Position numbers and translations under genes: made by a program. 64,000 nucleotides of DNA from Candidatus Poribacteria bacterium (GTDB lineage Bacteria > Poribacteria > WGA-4E > PCPOR2b): positions 3,296,001-3,360,000 of the forward strand of contig OZ242351.1 of NCBI GenBank assembly GCA_965208675.1, read 5' to 3'. Numbering within the stretch: the first letter of the stretch is position 1; the number at the start of each line of letters is the position of its first letter. A model generated the notes under the pieces. That model saw nothing but the letters and a program-made list of their open reading frames with translations, was not told where the DNA came from and made no database searches. This document shows positions 18,726 to 28,103 of the stretch, piece after piece.

Positions 18726-21700
18726 CTACCACGGTGAGCCGGTAATCGGGATGTCGATTGGCGAGGTTGCGACGAGCAAGTATCCGACGCCGCCCTCGAT
18801 TGGGCCGTCACCGTCTTGACCGGGTGCCGTAATCGTGTGAAATCCAAAGCCAGCGGCTTTGGAGACCGCGATTGCCAAAACACCTTCGAACAGCAGCAGG
18901 CCGCTAATCATGTTGATGCCACCCGGATTGCGCGGAAAGCCGACGAGGTTGTTTCCGACTTCCACGTTAATTTCGGAAACGCCGCCGGATTCTAACGCAT
19001 CGCCGGCAAGCTCTAGCTTCGCAGCCCTGCGCATCACGGCAATTAGACCTGTATCGGCACGGATTTCGGCATCGGCTGCACTTCCCGCGCTCTCGTCACC
19101 GATGTAGCTTTGCCATCTGCCATTGTCGTCAAGTGATATGATGAAGTTGACGGCATCTCCGAGGGAATCAAAAAGGTCGCCCACCGTGTCGATTACAACA
19201 TCTTGGCCGTTAATCTGATTAACTTTCAACGGAATATGTATCCCATGTGTGCCCCGTGGGATGGACAACGTAAACATCGGTACCCTTACAGATTCGATAG
19301 TCAGCAAGGCGACAGTATGGGAAATACCTTCGACGCTCACGAAAACCTTGTTGATGCCGGGATCGGCGCCAAGTGTGAGGGTACTCTCCGCCCTGCCGTT
19401 GGCATCAGTTGCGGCAATTTTCGGTTGGACCGTCCCGCCGCCTGCGGTGACGGTAAAGGAGACCTGAATACCCGGCACGGGATTATCAGATTGATCTCGC
19501 ACTTCCACAACAAACGGCTCTTCAAGCGGCGCGCCGGGAGTTCCCTGCTGGTTTTCGCCAGAGATTATTTCGAACGTTTTGAGTATTCGGATGGCTTCGG
19601 CGTTAAACACGACTAATTTCTGGATGCCGGCAACAGAAACAGTGACGGAGTTTGTGCCCGCATTTGGGCTTAACGTGAGGGTACTCTCAGCCCGACCATT
19701 TGCGTCAGTCGATTCGCGCGCGGCACTCAGCATACCACCGCCGCTGCTGACGGTAAAAGTAACCGGAACGCCTTCAAACGTAACACTATTTTCGTCCCGA
19801 ATTTCCACAACGAACGGTTTGTCTAACACGGCACCGGGTAATCCCTGTTGGCTATTGCCCGAGACTATGCGAATCTCATGAGGCGTTCGGTTGTCGAAAT
19901 CCACCTCAACCCCCCGCTCCCGTAAGGCAGGAATGTGCGTGTATATGGATGCGTAACTCAAGGGATTTCTCCGAAGATAAACCATTGCCCCGCCCGCTAA
20001 TCCAGTATTCGCAATTAAGGGTGACATATCTGTTATTGAGTTGCCTTGAAGATTCAGGGATGTAAGGTTGATTAATCCCGTTAAAGCCGAGGTGTTGGTA
20101 ATTTTGTTGTTCTCTAACCCCAGCGCAAATAGATTGGTCAATCCTGCTAAAGGGAAAATGTCGGTGATGTTGTTATTTATTAGATACAAGCCCGTTAGGT
20201 TGGCTGCGCTTTCGAGGCCGGCAAGGTTGCTAATGTCGGCGCCGCCTGCATAAAGATAGGTCAAGGTTTCCATATCTGCCGGGGCTATTGGTGTTCCCGA
20301 CGCCACACCGAGCGTGTTTTCAATCGCGGCGCGAAGATTTGGATCGGGGATGTCTAACGGTGCAACCGCCACGGCGGTAAAGGTTACCGCCTCCTCAATT
20401 CCAGCGGCAGACACCCGTACGGTGTTGATTCCCAAATTTTTTCCCAGCGTGAGCGTACTCTCCGCGCGTCCATTTTCATCGGTCACGATGTGCTGCACGC
20501 TGAGAACACCTCCGCCTGCGGTAACGGCAAAGGTGATGGCGACGCCGCCAAGTGGAGCACCGTCATCTGAATTTCGTGCTTCAATGACAAATGGGATAGG
20601 CAACGGAGTGTTAGCTAAGCCGTGTTGGTTATCGCCCGAAATTTTCGAAAGCGGTTGAAATGCGTCAGAAACCAGTACAAATTCTTCACCGCCCCATGTG
20701 TCTCCATTCATGTCAACGGCATCAACAACAATCGGATGAATTAGAGGGTTCGAAAGACTGGTGTTTCTGCTGTATGACGGTTCATGGGCAGATGGAATAA
20801 AACCGTTATATTCAAATTCAATAACGGCTTCCTTTTTGCCCGCTAACCCGCGGCATGCCTTCAATGTGAATCGGTTGTCTGGTTGGGCGGCGTGTAGAAT
20901 CGCTTGGTGCAGCCCATCTGAATCTCGGATTGAGAGTCGAACTAGGGTGCTTTTTGAGGCTGCCGGATAGGAACGGGGGGAAACAAATTCAATGATGGGC
21001 GGCAGCCCTGATTTAAGTGGAGCATCGTGCTTAAAGTAGGGATGCACGGACAAATATTCGGCGTTGCATTGGGATAACCGATTCCAGCTTGGTGAATCCG
21101 GTGAGCCGTACGACATGATGTACGCGCCGTCGCGGAAGTCGTGGTAAAGTCCGAAGGCGTGTCCGAGTTCATGCGCCGCTAAGCCCCAATTAAACCTACC
21201 GGAAACCAATGCCTCGCCACCGGTTTTTCCGCGTCTGCCGCCGACACCGCGGTAAACGGAATCGCCCATACCAATTCCATTTATACTGTTGTCAACGACG
21301 ATGAGATAGACATTTGCTTCGTGATTGAAGGCACTGTTAATCTCGGCAGACACAACACGATCTGTTTCTTCAAGATAGTGACTATCAGGATATTGTCCAG
21401 CTACATCGTGCACCATCGGCTCGCCTTGAGAGTCAGTTTCAAAAATGAACGTTGAGTTTCCGTACCCATGCGCCTTCATCTGCTCGGCAAAGAAAGATTG
21501 AATAGTGCGAATATCCGTTTTCATCTGTTGAACCACGCCGGTGCGGTACGGACGGTCATTGGGCAGGAAGTAAATCATTCTTACCGTTCGCGGGGCGCCG
21601 ACGTTTAAGTTTGGTGCGAAGGTTCGGGCGTAATTACGGGTATCCGGACGCTTGGAATCATTATGAGATTGAAGTTGGTATTGGACAGCCCCGCATAAAT

Positions 21701-21803
21701 GTGCCGCATTCCCTAGGGTTGGATGGGGAGCGGCAACCGCAAAATTGGGTGTGAAAACGGGGAGAAAAAGAATTACCAATGTTTTTATGATTTTGATTGC
21801 CAT
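18726..21803 (-). CDS. Exported surface protein: zincin metallopeptidase domain + invasin/Big_1-like Ig repeats + internalin-like LRR
   Basis: Signal peptide; HELGHAFGLYHD with Met-turn YIMSY; three (I/V)SG.NQ.G...PFV.E.R...G(R)AESTLTL Ig units; IPDPNLRAAI cap with L..L.L..N.I LRRs. Start may instead be TTG 21809. Confidence 0.85.
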   Translation of the reverse strand: MAIKIIKTLVILFLPVFTPNFAVAAPHPTLGNAAHLCGAVQYQLQSHNDSKRPDTRNYARTFAPNLNVGAPRTVRMIYFLPNDRPYRTGVVQQMKTDIRTIQSFFAEQMKAHGYGNSTFIFETDSQGEPMVHDVAGQYPDSHYLEETDRVVSAEINSAFNHEANVYLIVVDNSINGIGMGDSVYRGVGGRRGKTGGEALVSGRFNWGLAAHELGHAFGLYHDFRDGAYIMSYGSPDSPSWNRLSQCNAEYLSVHPYFKHDAPLKSGLPPIIEFVSPRSYPAASKSTLVRLSIRDSDGLHQAILHAAQPDNRFTLKACRGLAGKKEAVIEFEYNGFIPSAHEPSYSRNTSLSNPLIHPIVVDAVDMNGDTWGGEEFVLVSDAFQPLSKISGDNQHGLANTPLPIPFVIEARNSDDGAPLGGVAITFAVTAGGGVLSVQHIVTDENGRAESTLTLGKNLGINTVRVSAAGIEEAVTFTAVAVAPLDIPDPNLRAAIENTLGVASGTPIAPADMETLTYLYAGGADISNLAGLESAANLTGLYLINNNITDIFPLAGLTNLFALGLENNKITNTSALTGLINLTSLNLQGNSITDMSPLIANTGLAGGAMVYLRRNPLSYASIYTHIPALRERGVEVDFDNRTPHEIRIVSGNSQQGLPGAVLDKPFVVEIRDENSVTFEGVPVTFTVSSGGGMLSAARESTDANGRAESTLTLSPNAGTNSVTVSVAGIQKLVVFNAEAIRILKTFEIISGENQQGTPGAPLEEPFVVEVRDQSDNPVPGIQVSFTVTAGGGTVQPKIAATDANGRAESTLTLGADPGINKVFVSVEGISHTVALLTIESVRVPMFTLSIPRGTHGIHIPLKVNQINGQDVVIDTVGDLFDSLGDAVNFIISLDDNGRWQSYIGDESAGSAADAEIRADTGLIAVMRRAAKLELAGDALESGGVSEINVEVGNNLVGFPRNPGGINMISGLLLFEGVLAIAVSKAAGFGFHTITAPGQDGDGPIEGGVGYLLVATSPIDIPITGSPW

Positions 21804-22006
21804 GGTCAACCCGTCAAAGAATGTCTGAACTGTGATTAATGGAGTGAAATGTTATTCGGTGTTGACAAACTCTTGTAGGATAGGTAGAGCGGGATTGATG
21901 ACACATGTGAATTATGAGACAGGTAGTTGTTGAATTGATTGGGTTCAAGACTTGTTTATGTGTGGGGATATGCAATGTTTTTGGTGGTCCGGAGGTTTCA
22001 ATGCTG

Positions 22007-22039
22007 AAGACTATCGTCTTCGCTATTCGCTCAGTTAAT
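22007..22039 (-). repeat. 33-nt hairpin element
   Basis: Reverse complement reads ATTAACTGAGCGAATAGCGAAGACGATAGTCTT. Confidence 0.88.
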
Positions 22040-22373
22040 CGTTGGGTTTCGCTGCGCGTAATAAGCAATGCGGTTTTCTTGCGTACCGAACGGACATAGC
22101 TATCGGCACGGTTTTGGATTTACCCGCTCTACCCAACCTACAAGAACTAGCGAGTATTTGCCGCGATACGGAGAACGTTCCTACCGCGGCGGTGGATTCC
22201 AAATTCGCGAAGTAAAGTCAATAACCCCCTCTAGCTCAACTTGGTAAGGGGGAGGATTATGATAGCTTTTGTAGGTTGGGTAGAGCGGGTAATACGAAAA
22301 CCGTTGCGATTGCTTTGACGGTTCAGTCCCAAGAACATTGCTCTATGCAGATTGCGTGTAGCGAAACCCAACG
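22040..22373. repeat. Large imperfect inverted repeat of REP-like units
   Basis: Arm 22040-22149 (CGTTGGGTTTCGCT...TTACCCGCTCTACCCAACCTACAA) is complementary to arm 22263-22373 (TTGTAGGTTGGGTAGAGCGGGTAA...AGCGAAACCCAACG). Confidence 0.85.
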
Positions 22374-22415
22374 CTTTTCTGCCGTCTAGAGATTTCAAAA
22401 GCGTTGGGTTTCGGA

Positions 22416-22448
22416 AAGACTATCGCCTTCGCTATTCGCTCAGTTGAT
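22416..22448 (-). repeat. 33-nt hairpin element inside a REP-like unit
   Basis: Reverse complement reads ATCAACTGAGCGAATAGCGAAGGCGATAGTCTT. Flanked by GTTGGGTTTCG and CTCTACCCAACCTAC. Confidence 0.9.
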
Positions 22449-22524
22449 CTCTACCCAACCTACAGGAGTTAGACGCATAACGTACCATCGGGTATCGGAA
22501 TGCCCTCATGGCAGTTCGTATTGA

Positions 22525-22553
22525 TTGACATACTCGCAAAACGGTGTTATTCT
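22525..22553 (+). promoter_or_regulatory. Putative sigma70 promoter for the kinase/regulator pair
   Basis: TTGACA-17 bp-TATTCT with extended TG, 35 bp before ATG 22589. Confidence 0.6.
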
Positions 22554-22588
22554 TGTGCGAACTTATCCGGCAAATCCCGAGGTGAGAA

Positions 22589-24199
22589 ATGCAAGCGGAA
22601 GATGAGAAACAATCACAACGAAATAGCGAAATACGGCGGTTGCGCCAGCGAGTGGCGAGGTTAGAGCGCGATAGAGATAAATTCAAGCGGATGTCGGAGG
22701 CAGACCCATATTACAACGGCCCGGACATGTTTGCTTCTGCTGATGCCGTCTCGGAAAGGGTTCTCCACTGCAATGAAGCGTTATGCACGGCGTTGGGTTA
22801 TGCAGAAGCGGAGATTGTGGGCCGCCCTATTTCGAAGATATATCATCCGGACAGTGTTGAAAGTGCAAAGCAAGCCTTCGCCAGCCTTGTAAGCGACGGT
22901 ACAATACGTGATGTGGAGCTAGTATTGCGGAAGAGTGATGGAAGTACATTGGCGGTGAACTTAAATGCCGCAACTTACCGTAATACAAGAGGAAAGGCGC
23001 TTTACTGCCGGTTCATTTGGCGGGACATCACGCGGCAGAAGGAGACGGAACAGGACCTACGAGCGAGTGAAGAACGCTTTCACCAGTTGGCGACCAGCAT
23101 CCGCGAGGTGTTCTGGCTAATGTCGCTCGAAGGGGACGAGTTTTTCTACCTCAGCCCCGGATACGATGAGATATGGGGACGATCCCGCGTGGACTTAATG
23201 GCGGAACCGATGTCGTGGGTGGACAGCATCTATCCGGATGACATAGAGCAGGTTATTGCTCATTTTGAGCGGCAGAAACTCGGCGATTTAGTGGAGTATG
23301 AGTTTCGTATGGTGCGTCCGGACGGTGAAATCCGTTGGATTCATGCGCGCGCCTTTCCAGTCAACGATGAGAACGGCGTACCCTACCGCGTGGCGGGCTT
23401 TGCGCTGGACATCACGGAACGCAAGCGTGCAGAGGAGCAGTTAATTCAAGCGAGTAATATGGCCTCATTAGGGCAGCTCACGGCCGGCGTAGCGCACGAG
23501 ATTAGCAACCCGGCCAATTTTGTTTTGCTAAACGGAGAATCCCTTCAGAAATCTTGGTCAAGCGTAATACCGTTTCTGGATGAATATTGCGGCGAGCACG
23601 GGGATTTCATGTGCGCCGGCATGCCCTATTCGAAATTGCGGGGCCGTATCAGCAAACTAGCTACCGGCATCATTGACGGTGCGAATCGAATCAAAAAAAT
23701 CGTGGATGCGCTCGGCGATTTCTCGCAAAGCGGCAGCGAAGATTTAAGCCAACCGGTCAATTGTAATGCGGTGATTGACTCCGCAGCCGTAATTATGCGG
23801 AATCTGATTAAAACATCGACGAACCACTTCTCGACTCAATTTGAGGACAATCTGCCTGATGTTCTCGGCAACTCGCAACATCTCGAACAGGTATTTATTA
23901 ACTTAATCACTAACGCTTGCCATGCGCTGCCCGATCCGGGCAAAAAAATCGTGGTTTCGACCCAAACGAGTTCAAAGGGTGTATTGATTGAGGTTTGCGA
24001 CGAGGGAGAGGGAATTCCGCCTGAAAATTTAGGACGCATTATGGACGCCTTCTTCACGACCAAGCAAGGTGCCAGCGGCGTCGGACTAGGGCTTTCCATC
24101 TCTTACAATATTGTCAAGAATCATGGCGGGGAATTAACCTTCTCCTCCGAACTTGGAAAGGGAACGACAGCGGCAGTCAAGCTGCCTGCCGCCCGTTAA
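22589..24199 (+). CDS. Cytoplasmic double-PAS sensor histidine kinase
   Basis: Two PAS/PAC units ending DIT, H-box AGVAHEISNP, N-box QVFINLITNA, and DEGEGI, FFTTK, GVGLGL. No TM segment. Confidence 0.95.
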   Translation: MQAEDEKQSQRNSEIRRLRQRVARLERDRDKFKRMSEADPYYNGPDMFASADAVSERVLHCNEALCTALGYAEAEIVGRPISKIYHPDSVESAKQAFASLVSDGTIRDVELVLRKSDGSTLAVNLNAATYRNTRGKALYCRFIWRDITRQKETEQDLRASEERFHQLATSIREVFWLMSLEGDEFFYLSPGYDEIWGRSRVDLMAEPMSWVDSIYPDDIEQVIAHFERQKLGDLVEYEFRMVRPDGEIRWIHARAFPVNDENGVPYRVAGFALDITERKRAEEQLIQASNMASLGQLTAGVAHEISNPANFVLLNGESLQKSWSSVIPFLDEYCGEHGDFMCAGMPYSKLRGRISKLATGIIDGANRIKKIVDALGDFSQSGSEDLSQPVNCNAVIDSAAVIMRNLIKTSTNHFSTQFEDNLPDVLGNSQHLEQVFINLITNACHALPDPGKKIVVSTQTSSKGVLIEVCDEGEGIPPENLGRIMDAFFTTKQGASGVGLGLSISYNIVKNHGGELTFSSELGKGTTAAVKLPAAR

Positions 24200-24209
24200 C
24201 GGCAACTAT

Positions 24210-25643
24210 ATGAATCCAGTTCAGTTTCCTACGCATCCCATTCTACTGGTTGACGACGAAGAACATTTCCTATTCAGTGCGGATCACACGTTGAATTTAG
24301 CGGGCATGAATAATATCGTCCAATGCGGTGACAGCCGCGAAGTTATGTCCACTCTGTCGAAGAGAGACTTTTCGGTTGTCGTGCTGGACTTGCTGATGCC
24401 CGGCTTATCCGGACTGGACATACTACCGTTGATTGTTTCGGCCTTTCCGGAACTTCCCGTAATGGTCTTCACCGCTGTCAACAATGTGGAAACGGCGGTC
24501 GAGTGTCTGAAACTTGGGGCGTACGACTACATCCTGAAACCGATAAATAGCGTCAGGCTTGTGTCCACGGTTCGACGCGGTGTAGAAATGAGCGAACTGC
24601 GCCACCATAACCGGCAACTCAAAGACCGGCTCCTCTCGGACGCCTTGGACCATCCTGAAGCGTTTTCGAACATCGTCACACAGGATCGTGCGATGTATGC
24701 CGTATTCCAATATACCGAGACAGTTGCTCCAACGCCGATGCCGGTTTTGATTACGGGCGCAACCGGTGTTGGCAAGGAACTGATTGCAGCGGCAATCCAC
24801 AAGCTGAGCGGGCGGGAGGGTGAATTTGTTTCAGTCAATGTCTCGGGACTCGACGACCACCTATTCTCGGACGCGCTTTTCGGCCACAAAAAGGGAGCGT
24901 TTACGGGCGCGGATTCAGAGCGAAAGTGGTTAATTGAACGCGCGTCAAACGGCACGCTCTTCCTTGATGAAATCGGCGACCTGCACCTGGAGTCTCAGGT
25001 CAAACTGCTGCGTTTTTTGCAGGAAAGAACTTACTACCCGCTTGGCGACGATTTCCCGCGAACAAATAACGCAAGAATAGTTGTTGCTACGAATCGAGAT
25101 ATACAATTCCTGAGAGAGTCCGAAACTTTTCGCAGCGACCTCTACTTCCGCTTGAAAACTCATCATATTCACCTGCCGCCGCTTCGCGAGCGGGCGGGCG
25201 ATATCCCGTTATTGGTATCGCATTTTCTGGAAATCGCCGCTAAGAAACTAGAAAAGGAAACGCCCACGGTTCCACCCGAACTCTACACCTTGCTTGGAAC
25301 CTACCACTTCCCGGGCAATATCCGAGAACTTGAAGGCATGGTACTAGACGCTGTCAGCCGGCACAAAGGGGGTGTACTTTCCATAGCATCTTTCCAGCGA
25401 GCGATTGGCGAGCAGTCTATAGTTTCCCACGAGGATACGACGGTTAAAGGAAGCAATTTTGCGGAAGGATTGTCGGCGCTAGCCGCACTTCCCTATTTGA
25501 AAGAAGTAGAACAACTGATGATTACCGAAGCCCTTAAGCGCGCCGATGGCAACCAGACGCTTGCAGCTAAACTCTTGGGAATGTCGAGAAATGCGTTAAA
25601 CAAGCGTCTAAACCGTTCCAAAACATCATCGGACGATGAGTAA
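24210..25643 (+). CDS. Sigma54-dependent NtrC-family response regulator
   Basis: Receiver (LLVDD, DLLMP), GATGVGKE, GAFTGA, LFLDEIG and a Fis-type HTH GNQTLAAKLLGMSR. Confidence 0.95.
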   Translation: MNPVQFPTHPILLVDDEEHFLFSADHTLNLAGMNNIVQCGDSREVMSTLSKRDFSVVVLDLLMPGLSGLDILPLIVSAFPELPVMVFTAVNNVETAVECLKLGAYDYILKPINSVRLVSTVRRGVEMSELRHHNRQLKDRLLSDALDHPEAFSNIVTQDRAMYAVFQYTETVAPTPMPVLITGATGVGKELIAAAIHKLSGREGEFVSVNVSGLDDHLFSDALFGHKKGAFTGADSERKWLIERASNGTLFLDEIGDLHLESQVKLLRFLQERTYYPLGDDFPRTNNARIVVATNRDIQFLRESETFRSDLYFRLKTHHIHLPPLRERAGDIPLLVSHFLEIAAKKLEKETPTVPPELYTLLGTYHFPGNIRELEGMVLDAVSRHKGGVLSIASFQRAIGEQSIVSHEDTTVKGSNFAEGLSALAALPYLKEVEQLMITEALKRADGNQTLAAKLLGMSRNALNKRLNRSKTSSDDE

Positions 25644-25723
25644 ATCGGCGTTTGCTTTTCCCCACCCCGCTCTCTAATCTGTACCAACCCTCTCTTTTAA
25701 CGAAAACCAAGTCTTCAAAGGGG

Positions 25724-25839
25724 TGCGCCATTTGGCGCTATTGCACACTTTTGGCGCACAACCCCCCAAACCCTTGCCTGGCAAGGGTTTCCTCGCTTAT
25801 TGACCCCAATTTTTCCGAATCGTGGGGACATTTGGCGCA
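25724..25839. promoter_or_regulatory. Putative enhancer (UAS) sites for an NtrC-family activator
   Basis: TGCGCCATTTGGCGCT (25724), TGCACACTTTTGGCGCA (25742) and TGGGGACATTTGGCGCA (25823) share the half-site TTTGGCGC, about 130-245 bp upstream of a sigma54 promoter. Confidence 0.6.
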
Positions 25840-25966
25840 CCCCTTTCCAAATCTCGCCAGGACGTTGCCGTTCCAGTCTGAAAAAAACTTTAAAATGCCC
25901 GTATCCCTTGATACGTAAGGCTTTCCGAGTCAAAGCCGAGCCCAAATTGAAGCATGATTTTGTACT

Positions 25967-25982
25967 TGGCATAGAAATTGCG
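25967..25982 (+). promoter_or_regulatory. Sigma54 (-24/-12) promoter
   Basis: TGGCATAGAAATTGCG has GG-N10-GC and matches TGGCAC-N5-TTGC. Confidence 0.75.
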
Positions 25983-26045
25983 CATACAATGCCCAAAGTA
26001 TCTTGATTTGGAACGCGGGGATTCATTTCAAAAGAGGCGGCGTTG

Positions 26046-28079
26046 ATGAATTTTGGGGTCACGCGCATTTCACTTACCATCGGGTTCTCCGTTGTATTGG
26101 GTTGCTTGTTACTTTTTACGCAAGCCATCGCAGATGCCTCCGATGCCTTCACGCTCATCTATGCCGGTGACGAAGGCGGGCAGCTTGGGCTCCACGGATG
26201 CGGAACCGAACAGGTCGGCGGGCTTTCTCGACGCCAGACCGTTATACAATCCTTGCGTGAAAAATACCCTGTCTCGCTGAACCTTCACACCGGAAACTTC
26301 CTTGACCCTACCGACCCGAACAATGAACTCATCTGCCAAATCGCCCTCGAAGCCTTAAGCGCTATGCATTACGACGCGGTCTGTCTCGGACCGGGTGACC
26401 TGTGTCTTCCCGTTGATTCACTCTCCGCCCTTTACGCCAACCATCCGGATTTGCCCGTTATTTGCACGAATATCGTAGGCGCGCAGTTCCTGCGACCGTT
26501 TGAAGCCATCGAAGCGGGCAAGAGTAAAATTGCCGTGGTTGGGTTGATATCAAATTCGTATGAAACCGAGATTTCCGCCTATAATCCGGAAGTCACGCTT
26601 ACCCATCCAGCGGAAGCGCTAGAGACTTTGGGGGAAGAAATCACGCCTCAAAGTGATTTTGTCGTGGGCGTATTTCACGGATCAGAGACGGAAGCGCGTG
26701 AACTCGCGGAGAGGTTTTCATGGTTATCCGTTCTCGTCCTCGCCCAGAATGAACCCACAGAAACACCTTCCGTGCCACCGATTGTCGTGGGCGATACAAC
26801 CATTGTCACCAACCCTGCGAAAGGAGAAGCCGTTGGGGTTCTAGAAGTTGGGCTTGACGCTAATCTCCAACATGTGGTGTCGAGGGAGAATCAGCGCATT
26901 GCGGTCTCAGAAGGAATTTTACCTGACGCCGACCTTGAGACGTTATTGGGGCTTTATGATTTCCTCTCCGAAGATTTCGAATTTGGCGGTCAAGATCGTG
27001 TACCTGATGACCGTGCTGTCCATATCACCTACTTTCACAAACGTGGCTGCCAGAAGTGTGCTAGAGCCAGCGAGATTTTGAAACGCCTCGAAACCGAATA
27101 CCCGCAGATTGTGGTTGAAAAACGCTACGCCAAAGCCGACCAACAACTGCTTGAGGCGATGGGGGCGTTGTACGACGTTCCGGAAGTCAAGCGGCTCACC
27201 ACACCGGCGGTGTTTATCGGAGATGCGTATCTCTTGGATGAACTTGATGAAGCAAAACTGGAAGAGATTATCGGAACATACCTCGTAACAGGCGTTGCCT
27301 CTCGGTTATCGGACGCACAAGCCAAAACTGGTGAAGCGGAATCCGAAATCGTCAAACGCTTTAGCGCCTTCGGGACATTGGCTGTCGCGGGTGCGGGGTT
27401 GCTTGACGGAATTAACCCGTGCGCCTTCGCAACGATTGTGTTCTTCATCTCCTATCTTTCTCTCGTTGGACGCTCACGCAAAGAGATGCTCGTTGCCGGC
27501 GGGGCATTCGCTGCCGTGGTGTTTGTGACGTATCTGCTGTTGGGGATGGGACTGCTCAAATTCCTCTCGTTCCTCAACGAGTTCTCGGTCGTTGCCAAGT
27601 GTGTCTACCTAGTTGCTGCGATTGGGACGTTCACGCTGGCGTTCTTGAGTCTATACGACGCAATCAAAGCCAAACAGGGCAAGGTGAAGGAAATAACATT
27701 ACAGTTGCCCAAATCTCTGAAACAGCGCATCCATAAGGTCATCCGCGAACAGACGCGGACATCAAGCGTCATCATCGGCGCATTGGTCATCGGCTTTGCG
27801 ATTTCTGCCCTAGAGTTGGTCTGTACCGGTCAAGTCTACTTGCCGACGATTACGTTCGTCATGGGTGTTGAGGGGATGCGCGCAAATGCCTTGGCGTACC
27901 TGATTCTGTACAATCTAATGTTTATCACGCCGCTGCTGGTTGTGTTCGGTTTCGTGTATTGGGGCACGACCTCGATGGAGTTGGGTGGCGTGTTGCAAAA
28001 GCAACTGATGCCGGTAAAGGTCGGAACGGGAGTATTGCTGTTTGGGTTAGGGCTTTGGTTACTTTCAGGAATCCTGTGA
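26046..28079 (+). CDS. Fusion: UshA/5'-nucleotidase-like domain + thioredoxin-like CxxC + CcdA/DsbD-type membrane domain
   Basis: Signal peptide; G.L..HGCG...GGLSRR and YDAVCLGPGD; YFHKRGCQKC; TM block with DGINPCAF and ELVCTGQVYLP. Confidence 0.75.
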   Translation: MNFGVTRISLTIGFSVVLGCLLLFTQAIADASDAFTLIYAGDEGGQLGLHGCGTEQVGGLSRRQTVIQSLREKYPVSLNLHTGNFLDPTDPNNELICQIALEALSAMHYDAVCLGPGDLCLPVDSLSALYANHPDLPVICTNIVGAQFLRPFEAIEAGKSKIAVVGLISNSYETEISAYNPEVTLTHPAEALETLGEEITPQSDFVVGVFHGSETEARELAERFSWLSVLVLAQNEPTETPSVPPIVVGDTTIVTNPAKGEAVGVLEVGLDANLQHVVSRENQRIAVSEGILPDADLETLLGLYDFLSEDFEFGGQDRVPDDRAVHITYFHKRGCQKCARASEILKRLETEYPQIVVEKRYAKADQQLLEAMGALYDVPEVKRLTTPAVFIGDAYLLDELDEAKLEEIIGTYLVTGVASRLSDAQAKTGEAESEIVKRFSAFGTLAVAGAGLLDGINPCAFATIVFFISYLSLVGRSRKEMLVAGGAFAAVVFVTYLLLGMGLLKFLSFLNEFSVVAKCVYLVAAIGTFTLAFLSLYDAIKAKQGKVKEITLQLPKSLKQRIHKVIREQTRTSSVIIGALVIGFAISALELVCTGQVYLPTITFVMGVEGMRANALAYLILYNLMFITPLLVVFGFVYWGTTSMELGGVLQKQLMPVKVGTGVLLFGLGLWLLSGIL

Positions 28080-28103
28080 ATTATATTTAGCGAAAGTTGA
28101 ACA

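Noticed and set aside
26180-26235. Selenocysteine in the UshA-like motif
   Set aside because: The codons read CAC GGA TGC GGA ACC (HGCGT); there is no in-frame TGA.
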